From: Ignicoccus hospitalis KIN4/I
GTDB taxonomy: Archaea > Thermoproteota > Thermoprotei_A > Sulfolobales > Ignicoccaceae
Assembly (NCBI RefSeq): GCF_000017945.1
Contig: NC_009776.1
Span: 810,001-842,000, forward strand
Reading direction: 5' to 3'
DNA length: 32,000 bases
Below the pieces are notes generated by a model, which ran no database searches, was not told the DNA's origin, and worked only from the letters and a program-made list of their open reading frames with translations. Within the stretch, counting starts at the first letter, position 1, and each line of letters begins with the position of its first letter. The translations under genes and the position numbers were made by a program. Shown one piece after another: positions 23,145 to 31,953 of the stretch.

Positions 23145-24043
23145 GGCATTTGCCCGAAGTAGCTGAGGCGCGAGGGTTAACCTTCATCAAGGGTCCGGGT
23201 TTGGACCACGTAATAGAGGAGAAGGGAATCAAGAGGATAGTGGTCTTGGACCCCTATTTCGGTGACATATACGGGGACTACCTCTTCGCTGGGTACGAGG
23301 TGGTCGAGGAGTTCCCCAAGGCTACCTTGCCGGACGTAGTGGGCTTCCACACGGCGGCGGTGCTCCTCAGCAAGAAGCCCGCGGTGGTGGTCTGCGGCTT
23401 CGACCCCTTGAGGTGTGCCGTCGCCCTCGCGGCTTACTTGATAAAGGAAGAGAAGGTAAGTGTGGAGGAAGCGGTGGAGGAGGCGGAGGAGAGGCTCTCC
23501 TCCCTCTACGGCGCGGCGAGGGTGCCACGGGTTCCCAAGAGGGGGCTAGAGGCCTACGCCCGCTTGGCCAGCCTCTTCGGGGACTACTTAGACGCGATTA
23601 TGGCTTTGGGCCTTAACTATGAGTTCGGTAAAGGGGGCCTCCATTGGGGAGAGGCAGTGACTTGGGCGAACTCAATGGAGTACGACGACCCTCTCTTCCT
23701 AGCGACGGCGCTTCACTTCTTGGCCGAGGGCCACGGGAAGAGGGATGAGGTGTTCCAGAGGAGGCTAGAGGTGGTGAGGCGCGAGGCCTTGGAGGAGATG
23801 TTGGGCGAGGAGGGCCTGGAAGCCTTAGAGCTCGTGAGGGAGTTCGCTGAGGGCAAGTTGAGGGAGCTCGAGTTCGTGGAGGCCCTCCAGCCGGGCGAGG
23901 GGTACGTGCGCGACGTGGAGAGGCGCGGGGACGAGGTGGTGGTTAGGTGCATCGGCTGTGAGGCCGTTAAAGGGTTGAACGAACTCCTCCCCCTAGAGAG
24001 GGCCGGCGTGAGGAAGGTCTCCTTCGAGCGGGTGACCGTTTGA
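23141..24043 (+). CDS. Hypothetical protein (300 aa). The N-terminal half resembles a cysteine-phosphatase (PTP/DSP) fold with an atypical C-x5-R loop. The C-terminal half is helical and unassigned.
   Basis: GTG 23141 overlaps the upstream TGA (GTGA), and the gene's own TGA overlaps the TTG of the next gene. 'LPD...(26 aa)...VVVCGFDPLRCAVALAAYLIKEEKVSVEEAVEEAE' mirrors the DSP pattern 'D...VHCxxGxxRS..v..AYLm...s..eA'. However, His and the central Gly are missing and an Asp lies within the loop. Confidence 0.55.
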   Translation: MRHLPEVAEARGLTFIKGPGLDHVIEEKGIKRIVVLDPYFGDIYGDYLFAGYEVVEEFPKATLPDVVGFHTAAVLLSKKPAVVVCGFDPLRCAVALAAYLIKEEKVSVEEAVEEAEERLSSLYGAARVPRVPKRGLEAYARLASLFGDYLDAIMALGLNYEFGKGGLHWGEAVTWANSMEYDDPLFLATALHFLAEGHGKRDEVFQRRLEVVRREALEEMLGEEGLEALELVREFAEGKLRELEFVEALQPGEGYVRDVERRGDEVVVRCIGCEAVKGLNELLPLERAGVRKVSFERVTV

Positions 24044-24942
24044 GGCTGTTAAAGAAGATCGCTAGGGAAGTCTTGGGGGACGAGGAGGTCTGGAGCAGGA
24101 TAGACGTAGTAGGCGACATAGCCCTAATACATAGGAAGTTCAACTATCCAATAGACAAATTGAAGGTCTTGGGGCAAGCCCTCTTAGAGAGGATGCCGGG
24201 AATAAAGTCGGTTTGGGCGGTAGAGCCCGGGACCAAGCCGCCCTACGTCTTGAGGGACTTGATCCACTTGGCAGGCGAGAGGAGGACCGAGACCGTTTAC
24301 AGAGAGCACGGCTGCGAGTACTTAGTGGACTTGAGCAAGGTCTTCTTGGTCCCTCGCCTCTCCGGCGAACACTTGCGCGTGGCGAAGCTCGTAGAGCCTT
24401 GGGAAGTGGTGTTCAACATGTTCGCCGGGGCGGGACTCTTTTCGATTCTCATAGCCAAAATGAAGGGCGCGAAGGTATATTCAGTGGACATCAACGAGTA
24501 CGCATACAAATACATGGTTGAAAACATAAGGAGGAACAAGGTTGAGGGACTCGTGGTGCCCATACTAGGCGACGCGGCCTCGGTGAGCTTGTGGCTGAGG
24601 GGAGGGGTCGACAGAGTCCTCATGCCCCTCCCGGAGCTGGTCCCCGATTATTTGGACTTCGCCTTGCTGGCCTTAAGGTACCCCGGGAAGCTTCACATGT
24701 ACTTACACGTATTAGTTAAGAGAGGGGAAAGGCCTAGGGACGCTGCGAAGAGGGTCGGGGTCCCGCTGGTGGCCAAGAGGTGCTCCTCCTTCGAAGTGGA
24801 GCGCGTCAGGCTGGTCAGAACCGTGGGGCCGAGGGTAGCACAAGTGGTCTTGGACCTCACGTTAGAGAAGTGCGAGCCCTCCCCGAGGCTGGGCAAGCCT
24901 TACAACCCTAAGGAGTTCTTAGAGACCGCTCCCCTCAATTAG
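24040..24942 (+). CDS. trm5: Trm5-family (Met-10+) tRNA methyltransferase, probably tRNA (guanine37-N1)-methyltransferase
   Basis: 'IDVVGDIALI', 'FLVPRLSGEHLRVA' (Trm5-type PRL..E..R), SAM motif 'VFNMFAGAGLFSILIA' and 'DRVLMPLPE' (equivalent of the NLP loop). The Taw2/Taw22 subfamilies cannot be excluded by eye. Confidence 0.8.
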   Translation: MRLLKKIAREVLGDEEVWSRIDVVGDIALIHRKFNYPIDKLKVLGQALLERMPGIKSVWAVEPGTKPPYVLRDLIHLAGERRTETVYREHGCEYLVDLSKVFLVPRLSGEHLRVAKLVEPWEVVFNMFAGAGLFSILIAKMKGAKVYSVDINEYAYKYMVENIRRNKVEGLVVPILGDAASVSLWLRGGVDRVLMPLPELVPDYLDFALLALRYPGKLHMYLHVLVKRGERPRDAAKRVGVPLVAKRCSSFEVERVRLVRTVGPRVAQVVLDLTLEKCEPSPRLGKPYNPKEFLETAPLN

Positions 24943-24972
24943 CTCCTCTCACTGGAGCCCCGGGCCCGCGCG

Positions 24973-26757
24973 TTGAAGTTTTCGGACGTCGTAGACGCCC
25001 TCGAGAGGCTGGAGAGGACTACCTCGAGGACACAGATAGTCGCTATATTAACGAACTTATTTAAGAAAGTCATTGAAGAGAACAAAGATATAATAGATAA
25101 GGTGGTTTACTTCATCCAAGGCAAGCTCTGGCCCGACTGGTACGGCTACCCGGAGATAGGGATCGGCGAGAAGGGGATAATAAAGGCCATCTCCTTGGCC
25201 GCTAACGTTAAGGAGAAGGAAGTGGAAGGCTTGTATAAGCAGCTGGGGGACTTGGGCTTAGTCGCCGAAAGGTTGATGGCGAAGGCCCCAAAGGGGGGCC
25301 TGATGATGTTTGTAAAGAAGAAGGAAGAGTTGACGTTCGAGAAGGTATACGAGACTTTGAAGAGGATAGCCTTCATGCAAGGGGAGGGGAGCCGGGACCT
25401 CAAGATAAAGACGTTGGCGGGCCTGCTCAAGGAGGCCTCGCCCAAGGAGGCGAAGTACATCGTTAGGTTCGTCCAAGGGAAGTTGCGCTTGGGCGTGGGT
25501 GACGCTTCCATAATAGAGGCTTTGGCCCACGTGGCGGGAACGACCAAGGACGTCGTCGAAAGGGCCTACAACTTGAGGGCGGACCTGGGAGCGGTGGCTA
25601 AGATAGCGGTCACCGAGGGCCCCGAAGCGCTGAAGAGGGTAAGGCCGAAGCCCGGCGTCCCGGTCCGCCCAATGTTGGCGGAGAGGCTCAACGACCCTAA
25701 GGAGATATTGAAGAAGCTCGGTGGCAAGGGGCTGGCCGAGTACAAGTACGACGGTGAGAGGGCTCAGATCCACTTGCTCCCGGACGGAAAGGTGGTGATA
25801 TTCTCGAGGAGGTTGGAGAACATAACTAGGTCCTATCCGGACGTCGTCCAGTACGCCAAGTCCGGCTTGAAGGCAAAGGAGGCAATAGTAGAGGGAGAGA
25901 TAATTGCGGTCAACCCCGAGACCGGGGAGCCAAGGCCATTCCAAGAGTTGATGAGGCGGAGGAGGAAGCACGACGTAGCCCTGGCGATGAGTGAGATACC
26001 GGTCAACGTGAAGTTGTTTGACATTATATACGTGGACGGCGAGGACATGACTAACAAGCCCCTCCCCCTCAGGAGGAAGAGGTTGGAAGAAGTAGTTGAG
26101 GAGAGCGAGGAGTTCTCCCTTTCCACGGCAAAGTTAGTAAGTACGCCCGAGGAGCTCGAGCAGTTCTTCCACCAGTCCATTTCCGAGGGACACGAGGGCT
26201 TGGTGGTGAAGGCCGTCCACGACAAGAGCGTCTACCAAGCTGGGGCCAGAGGGTGGCTCTGGATAAAGTACAAGAAAGACTACAAGAGCGAAATGGTAGA
26301 GCCGGTCGACTTGGTAGTTGTAGGGGCCTTCTACGGCAGGGGTAGGAGGGGAGGCACCTTCGGGGCCTTGTTAGTCGCCGGCTACGACGAGAAGAGGGAC
26401 GCCTTTGCGACGGTCTGCAAGGTAGGCTCGGGGTTCAGCGACGAGGAGCTGGCGAGGCTCCCGGAGCTCTTGAAGCCGTACATAAGCGAGACCAAGCCTC
26501 CTAGGGTCATAAGCAACGTTAAGCCCGACGTGTGGGTGAGGCCGGCGCTGGTGGCGGAGATCATCGGGGCGGAAATAACGCTGAGTCCTATTCACACTTG
26601 CGCTAAGGACGAGGTCAGCGCGGGGAGCGGGCTGGCGATACGCTTCCCGCGTTTCATACGCTGGAGGCCCGACAAGGGGCCGGAGGACGCCACCACGTGT
26701 GGAGAGATAGTGGAGATGTACAAAAGCAGGCTCAAGAAGGTCGAGGAACCTACGTGA
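24973..26757 (+). CDS. lig: ATP-dependent DNA ligase
   Basis: 594 aa. Adenylation motif I '[12 protein letters not shown]' (KxDG), 'EGLVVK', 'WLKYKKDY'-type motif V (seen as WIKYKKDY) and an OB-fold C-terminus. TTG start. Confidence 0.95.
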   Translation: MKFSDVVDALERLERTTSRTQIVAILTNLFKKVIEENKDIIDKVVYFIQGKLWPDWYGYPEIGIGEKGIIKAISLAANVKEKEVEGLYKQLGDLGLVAERLMAKAPKGGLMMFVKKKEELTFEKVYETLKRIAFMQGEGSRDLKIKTLAGLLKEASPKEAKYIVRFVQGKLRLGVGDASIIEALAHVAGTTKDVVERAYNLRADLGAVAKIAVTEGPEALKRVRPKPGVPVRPMLAERLNDPKEILKKLGGKGLAEYKYDGERAQIHLLPDGKVVIFSRRLENITRSYPDVVQYAKSGLKAKEAIVEGEIIAVNPETGEPRPFQELMRRRRKHDVALAMSEIPVNVKLFDIIYVDGEDMTNKPLPLRRKRLEEVVEESEEFSLSTAKLVSTPEELEQFFHQSISEGHEGLVVKAVHDKSVYQAGARGWLWIKYKKDYKSEMVEPVDLVVVGAFYGRGRRGGTFGALLVAGYDEKRDAFATVCKVGSGFSDEELARLPELLKPYISETKPPRVISNVKPDVWVRPALVAEIIGAEITLSPIHTCAKDEVSAGSGLAIRFPRFIRWRPDKGPEDATTCGEIVEMYKSRLKKVEEPT

Positions 26758-27850
26758 CGAGCTCTGCCAACCTCTTGGTCTCCCAAGCCAGCCTTATTTC
26801 CATGGCGACCCTCCGACCCAAGCTTATAGGCCTCCCGAACTGCAACTTGGAGTACTGGCTCCCTAACCCCATGTATATGTTGTTCCCGCCCCCTATCCTA
26901 GGGGCCACGTCGAACACCACGAACTCCAGCTCCGGCGTAACTACCGCTTGAAGTGTGAAGGGCCCCACCACTCCCGGAGGTTCCAACTTCCTCGCGGCTT
27001 CTACGAACTTCTCACCCATGTCGAACACTTTCTCCAATAAGCTCTCCCTCAAGGTGGCCGGAAGGTGGCCGACCTCTATCATCCTCGGGTTGCCGGCCAA
27101 GCGCAGCTGCTCCCTAGCCGGCAGCCTTAACCAGCCGTCCAAGTCGCTCTGTATCCTCCTGTCAACCGAGTGCAGCTCTAGGTCCTCTAACAAGGGGCTG
27201 TAGAAGTAGTTTATGTTGAAGTGAGCCCCCAAGACCAACTCCTCTATAGACGCGTTCTTGAGCCCTTCGTCGTCTATTACGCCGGCTTCCTTGAGCTCTT
27301 TCACCCTCTTCCAGTAGTCCTCTTTATCCATGGCAACGAAGAAGCCCCTCTCGACCCTCCTCTTAGCTTCTGGGACCTTCACGATGACCGGTCTGTCTAT
27401 CTCTTCGGGGGAGTTGAAAAGTTTGGGCCTCTTTATTCCAGCCTCGTCCAAGAGCTTGTAGTAGTTCTTCTCGCCTACCCTCTCCTCCCACCGGAGCAAG
27501 TACCGGTTCCCGAACACGGGGACCTCGAACTCTTGTTCTATTGCATCGTACCCGACGTAGACGGCGAAGCTCCGGTTGGGTACGAAGATCGCGGCCTCCT
27601 CCCTCAGCCTCCTCTGGACGTCCTCGCGGAGGACGTCCTTGTACCTCTCTAGGAGTATACACTCGTCAACCACACGGCTGAACTTGATGTACGGCTTTTC
27701 CCTCCCCTTTTGGCACACAGCTATTGTTCTGAACCCTTCGTCCTTTGCACCGTCGAACAAGTCCAAGGCGGAGTGGCTCGCTACCGCCGCTATTGCGGGC
27801 TTCTTGTCGTAATTGTTAACAATCTCCTTCATTTCGTCGCTCAGGCCCAA
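26750..27850 (-). CDS. purP: 5-formaminoimidazole-4-carboxamide ribonucleotide (FAICAR) synthetase PurP (ATP-grasp)
   Basis: 366 aa, collinear with archaeal PurP: '[21 protein letters not shown]', '[15 protein letters not shown]', 'NINYFYSPL', '[14 protein letters not shown]'. Confidence 0.85.
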   Translation of the reverse strand: MGLSDEMKEIVNNYDKKPAIAAVASHSALDLFDGAKDEGFRTIAVCQKGREKPYIKFSRVVDECILLERYKDVLREDVQRRLREEAAIFVPNRSFAVYVGYDAIEQEFEVPVFGNRYLLRWEERVGEKNYYKLLDEAGIKRPKLFNSPEEIDRPVIVKVPEAKRRVERGFFVAMDKEDYWKRVKELKEAGVIDDEGLKNASIEELVLGAHFNINYFYSPLLEDLELHSVDRRIQSDLDGWLRLPAREQLRLAGNPRMIEVGHLPATLRESLLEKVFDMGEKFVEAARKLEPPGVVGPFTLQAVVTPELEFVVFDVAPRIGGGNNIYMGLGSQYSKLQFGRPISLGRRVAMEIRLAWETKRLAELVT

Positions 27851-27926
27851 GGCCTTCCACTCGAAAGCTACTTAGCCCTAGAGCCCTTGAAAACCCCACG
27901 CCGGACCCCTCGAGGGCGCTGAAGTC

Positions 27927-29087
27927 TTGAACGCCAGGCTTTTACGGTTCTACCCGCCCAGAGGCTTGAAGATCGTGAAGGCCTACATGCAGTACGTGTG
28001 GGACGACAAGTGGAACAAGTATTTGGACTACTACAACGGATACGGGGTAGGCTTCTTAGGGCATAGAAACCCGAGGGTGGTCGCCAAGATCGTAGAGCAG
28101 TTGGGGACCCTCATGATAAATTCCCCCTCGTTCGACGACCCCGCGAAGGAGGAATTGATGGCAAAGCTTCCCAAAATCTTGCCTAATACGTTGCTCAACG
28201 TTTACTTCCAGAACTCCGGGGCCGAAGCAGTAGAGTTGGCGCTCAAGCTGGCTTTACATTATACTAATAGGGAGAAGGTGGTAGCCTTCAAGAGGGCCTT
28301 CCACGGGAGGACTCTGGGAGCCCTCAGCCTGACGTGGGGCTCCGAGTACCGCAAGCCCTCCGAGAGGGCGCTGTACAAGAACGTCGTGTTCGCGGACTTC
28401 AACTCCGTCGAGGAGCTCGATAAGGTAATAGATGAGAACACAGCCGCAGTTTTCGTGGAGCCCGTCCAGGGCGAGGGCGGCATAAACCCTGCCACGCCGG
28501 AGTTCATGAACGCCGTAGCGAGGAGGGCTAGGGAGGTCGGCGCGGTCCTAGTTTACGACGAGGTGCAAGCCGGCTTCGGGAGGACCGGTTACGTGTGGGC
28601 CTACCAAGGGCTGGGGGCCCCCGACCCCGACGTACTTCTGAGCGGGAAGGCCATAGGCAACGGCTACCCGGTATCCATGGTGGCGGTTTCCGACAAGATA
28701 GCTGAGAGTGTTGTGCCCGGGATGCACGGCTCCACCTACGGCGCTAACCCCGTGGCGCTGGCGGCGGTGAGCGGGGCGGTGGACGTGCTCCTAGAAGACG
28801 AAGTCCCAAAGCAAGCTAGGGAGAAGGGCAAACTCTTCCAAGAGATGCTCGAGGAAAAGTTGAAGGACGTCAAGCTCGTTCGGGACTACAGAGCTATAGG
28901 CCTAATGGTCGGCGTAGAGCTCCGCGTCAAGCCCGGCAAGTACATAGAGGCCTTGCAGAGGGAAGGCGTGCTGAGCTTGAAGGCCGGTACGACAGTAATA
29001 AGGTTCTTACCGCCGTACGTGACGACCTCCGAAGATATTAATTTCGCAACGGAGAGACTAAGGAAGGTGTTAGTTAGTGGAGTTTGA
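27927..29087 (+). CDS. argD: Class III aminotransferase, acetylornithine / LysW-gamma-L-lysine aminotransferase type
   Basis: 'YLDYYNGYGVGFLGHRNPRVV', 'FQNSGAEAVE', 'DEVQAGFGRTG' and 'SGKAIGNGYPV' (PLP lysine). In Crenarchaeota this enzyme is often the bifunctional ArgD/LysJ. Confidence 0.85.
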   Translation: MNARLLRFYPPRGLKIVKAYMQYVWDDKWNKYLDYYNGYGVGFLGHRNPRVVAKIVEQLGTLMINSPSFDDPAKEELMAKLPKILPNTLLNVYFQNSGAEAVELALKLALHYTNREKVVAFKRAFHGRTLGALSLTWGSEYRKPSERALYKNVVFADFNSVEELDKVIDENTAAVFVEPVQGEGGINPATPEFMNAVARRAREVGAVLVYDEVQAGFGRTGYVWAYQGLGAPDPDVLLSGKAIGNGYPVSMVAVSDKIAESVVPGMHGSTYGANPVALAAVSGAVDVLLEDEVPKQAREKGKLFQEMLEEKLKDVKLVRDYRAIGLMVGVELRVKPGKYIEALQREGVLSLKAGTTVIRFLPPYVTTSEDINFATERLRKVLVSGV

Positions 29088-29502
29088 AGTAAGGCTGCCC
29101 TACCCACTTACGCTCGCGAAGAGGGGCAACAAGAGGCTCGTGCTGTTCTTGGAAAAACCGGTGGTAATTATAAATACGGAGAGGCCGTGGTCCCTCCTCC
29201 CCCTTAGGGGGATAGGCCTATTTGAGGGTAGAACTCTCGTGGCCAAGAAGGAGGACTGCAGGAGGCTAACCGTACTGATCACCTCCTTCGAGCCGAGGCC
29301 TTCGGACGAGGACCCGGAGGAGGTGTTCGAGCAGTTACTCTCCGGCGAGGGGAGCTGTTGGAAGGAGCTCTGGGGCCACAAGGCGATGGTTTGTGGAAAC
29401 GTCGCCTTGGTGCCGGGGTCCGTTAAGTTTCCCCCCTTGGGCTTCGGGACCATCAGGACGAGGGTGGACTCGATAGGCCCCCGCATAAGGGTCACAGCTT
29501 AG
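29077..29502 (+). CDS. Hypothetical protein (141 aa)
   Basis: GTG start overlapping the argD 3' end by 11 nt. Its composition is more protein-like than the Ser-rich antisense ORF at 29100-29495. No motif recognised. Confidence 0.45.
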   Translation: MEFEVRLPYPLTLAKRGNKRLVLFLEKPVVIINTERPWSLLPLRGIGLFEGRTLVAKKEDCRRLTVLITSFEPRPSDEDPEEVFEQLLSGEGSCWKELWGHKAMVCGNVALVPGSVKFPPLGFGTIRTRVDSIGPRIRVTA

Positions 29503-30622
29503 ACTTGTACTCCTCCATCAACTCCTCCACCAGCCCCTTAGGCGCTTTGTATATCTCCGCCAAGAAGGAGAGCGCCCTATAGACTACGTCCTCCTCGTAC
29601 CACCCCATGGTTCCTATCCTAATGCTAACTTCCTTCAGCTTCCAAGCCCCTCCGCCCACGTCTATTCCCCACCTCTCCCTCGCCAGCGCCCTCGCCTCCG
29701 AGGGCTTCACGCCCTCGGGCAGTATCGGCACCACTATCGTGTTGGACCTCCAACCCCTCTTGGGGTAGACCCTCCCGCCCGCGCGCTCCACGAGCTCGTT
29801 TAAGGCCTCTGCAAAAGCGGCGTGCCTCCTTATCCACCCGTTGATCCCTACCTCATTGATTATTATGTCGAGAGACTTGTTAAGGGCGTACATCAAGCTT
29901 ACGGCCGGGGTCGCGGGGGTCTCGTACTTTTCTAAATAGAATTTTTCATAGCTCTCCAAGTCCCAGTAGACGCTCTTCTTCTTAACGTTCTTCATCTTCT
30001 CGGCGGCCCTCTCGCCCCAGGCGACGAAGGCCAAGCCGGGGGGCGCCATGAGGGCCTTTTGGGAGGCAGAGGCTACAGCGTCCAGCTCCATGGACTCTAC
30101 GTCCAGCGGGTGGCCCCCCAAGTAGCTTACGGCGTCCACCAGCAGCAACGCGTCGTTCTCGTGGGCCACCCTAGCCAGCTCTTGTAAGTTCTTGTGGACG
30201 ACGCCGGTGCTGGTCTCGTTGGCCACGACCCCCACGGCGCTCGCCTTCGACCTCTTCAATGCGTCGTCCAGCTCCTCAGCGGTGATCCCCTCGCCCTCCG
30301 CGGGCTCCACGAGCTCCACCTCAGCGCCCAAGACCTCTGCTATCTTGGCCATCCTGTCGCTGAAGGTGCCGGTCTGTATTATCAGTAGCTTCTCCCCCCT
30401 CTCCACGAAGTTAGCTACCATAGCCTCCACCGCGCCCGTCCCGGAGGCGGTCAAGAGAGCCACCCTCTCCGCCCCGAAGAGCTTCTGGAGCTTGGACGTT
30501 AGCTCCCTCATCAGTTCTCTGAACTCCGGCCCCCTGTGGTTTATCATCGGCAAGGCTTGGGAGAGCTCCACCTCCGGGTGGAGGCTCACCGGTCCGGGGA
30601 GCAAGAGCTGCAAGCGCCTCAC
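29492..30622 (-). CDS. Class V PLP-dependent aminotransferase (serine-glyoxylate / alanine-glyoxylate / SerC-like)
   Basis: 'LLLPGPVSLHPEV', 'LLTASGTGAVEA', 'LLLVDAVSYLGG' and 'SASQKALMAPPGLAF' (PLP lysine) are typical of the AGXT/class V fold. Confidence 0.8.
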   Translation of the reverse strand: MRRLQLLLPGPVSLHPEVELSQALPMINHRGPEFRELMRELTSKLQKLFGAERVALLTASGTGAVEAMVANFVERGEKLLIIQTGTFSDRMAKIAEVLGAEVELVEPAEGEGITAEELDDALKRSKASAVGVVANETSTGVVHKNLQELARVAHENDALLLVDAVSYLGGHPLDVESMELDAVASASQKALMAPPGLAFVAWGERAAEKMKNVKKKSVYWDLESYEKFYLEKYETPATPAVSLMYALNKSLDIIINEVGINGWIRRHAAFAEALNELVERAGGRVYPKRGWRSNTIVVPILPEGVKPSEARALARERWGIDVGGGAWKLKEVSIRIGTMGWYEEDVVYRALSFLAEIYKAPKGLVEELMEEYKSKL

Positions 30623-30688
30623 GGCCTCTCTCCCGGCCCCACCCTTGATAATGAGAGGACTTAGTGCGAATCGCTCGGGAGAGGCAAG

Positions 30689-31441
30689 TTGTTAGCCCTA
30701 ATCACCGACTACGGTTACAAGGACGTCTACGCGGGAATACTCAAGATAGTTGCAAAGGAAGTATGTAAAGACGCTGAGATAATAGACGTCACTCACGGAA
30801 TAGAGCCCTTCAACGTGTTAGAAGGCGCGGTGGCTACGCTGGTAGCCGCTAAACACTTGCCCGAGGGTTCCACCTTGGTCGCCGTGGTAGACCCCGGGGT
30901 GGGGAGCGAGAGGGAAGCGGTGGCAGCGCGCGTAGGGGGGAGGTTCCTCATAGGCCCCAACAACGGCCTCCTGTGGCTGGCGGCGCAGGAGCTGGGCTTG
31001 GAGAAGGCGGTTAGGATAGAGAAGAAGCTAGTAAGGTATTCTTCTCACACCTTCCACGGTCGCGACCTCTTCGTCCCGGCGGGGGCGTTCTTGGAGTGCG
31101 GCGGGGGCTTGGAGGAGCTCGGCCCCGAGACCTCTCTGACCCCCCTCCCCTTCGAGCTCTACGCCAAGCTAGGGGACAAGAGGGTGGAGACCGTAGCAGT
31201 TTACGTAGACCGTTTCGGCAACGTCATGACTTGGGCGAAAGAAGCCCCCTTCGAGCTCGGAGAGCTTGTAAGAGTGAACGGGAGGCCAGCCCGCTTCGTC
31301 AGGACGTTTTCTGAGGTCAAGCCGGGGGAGCTGGCAGTTTACATAAACAGCTTCGGCTACCTAGAGGTGGCCCAGTACATGGGCGACGCGTCGAAGAGCT
31401 TAGGCTTGAGGCCCGGAGACCCGGTGGTGGTGGAGGCTTGA
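30689..31441 (+). CDS. S-adenosyl-L-methionine hydrolase (adenosine-forming; DUF62, fluorinase/chlorinase-like family)
   Basis: 'LITDYGYKDVYAGILKIV', 'VAVVDPGVGSER', 'IGPNNGLL', 'FHGRDLFVPAGA' and 'VYVDRFGN' are family hallmarks. Confidence 0.8.
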   Translation: MLALITDYGYKDVYAGILKIVAKEVCKDAEIIDVTHGIEPFNVLEGAVATLVAAKHLPEGSTLVAVVDPGVGSEREAVAARVGGRFLIGPNNGLLWLAAQELGLEKAVRIEKKLVRYSSHTFHGRDLFVPAGAFLECGGGLEELGPETSLTPLPFELYAKLGDKRVETVAVYVDRFGNVMTWAKEAPFELGELVRVNGRPARFVRTFSEVKPGELAVYINSFGYLEVAQYMGDASKSLGLRPGDPVVVEA

Positions 31442-31953
31442 GGGCGCTTTTCCCCGGGAGGTTTCAGCCCTTCCACAAGGGCCACTTGGCTGTGGTCAAG
31501 TGGAGCTTAGAAAGGGTCGACGAGCTGGTAATAGTCGTGGGCAGCGCCCAAGAGAGCCATACCTTGCAGAACCCAATGACCGCGGGCGAGAGGGTTTTGG
31601 CGATCAGAAGGGCCCTAGAGGACGAGGGAATAGACTTGAGGAAGGTATACATAATTCCGGTGCCGGACATACTAATGAACTCCGCTTGGGTGGCCCACGT
31701 GAGGACCTACGTCCCGCCTTTCGAAGCCGTAGTGACGAGGAACCCCCTAGTTAAGGTCTTGTTTGAGGAAGCGGGGTACGAGGTCCTCGAACCCCCTCCC
31801 TTCGGGAGGGAGAAGTACGTCGCGACGAACATAAGGGCATTGATGGCCTTAGGAGACCCCAAGTGGGAGGAGATGGTGCCTAGGGCGGTGGCAGAGATCA
31901 TAAAAGAGTTAGGAATAATAAGGAGGATGAGGGAGCTCTCGAAACGGGATTAG
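31438..31953 (+). CDS. nadM: Nicotinamide-nucleotide adenylyltransferase (archaeal NadM type)
   Basis: 'GRFQPFHKGHL' (HxGH nucleotidyltransferase motif), 'VIVVGSAQES...NPMTAGER' and 'ISATNIR'-type 'YVATNIR'. The TTG start overlaps the upstream TGA (TTGA). Confidence 0.9.
   Translation: MRALFPGRFQPFHKGHLAVVKWSLERVDELVIVVGSAQESHTLQNPMTAGERVLAIRRALEDEGIDLRKVYIIPVPDILMNSAWVAHVRTYVPPFEAVVTRNPLVKVLFEEAGYEVLEPPPFGREKYVATNIRALMALGDPKWEEMVPRAVAEIIKELGIIRRMRELSKRD

Noticed and set aside
25258-25971. 237-aa minus-strand ORF (and the 25146-25547 and 25833-26225 ORFs) inside the DNA ligase gene
   Set aside because: They are antisense to a full-length ligase with intact motifs. No independent motif or start context supports them.
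29100-29495. 131-aa minus-strand ORF opposite the 29077-29502 hypothetical gene
   Set aside because: Of the two mutually exclusive frames, this one has the Ser-rich, low-complexity composition. The plus-strand frame is coupled to argD and looks protein-like. The choice remains only moderately confident.
30192-30695. 167-aa plus-strand ORF
   Set aside because: Ser/Ala/Thr-rich antisense shadow of the class V aminotransferase gene.
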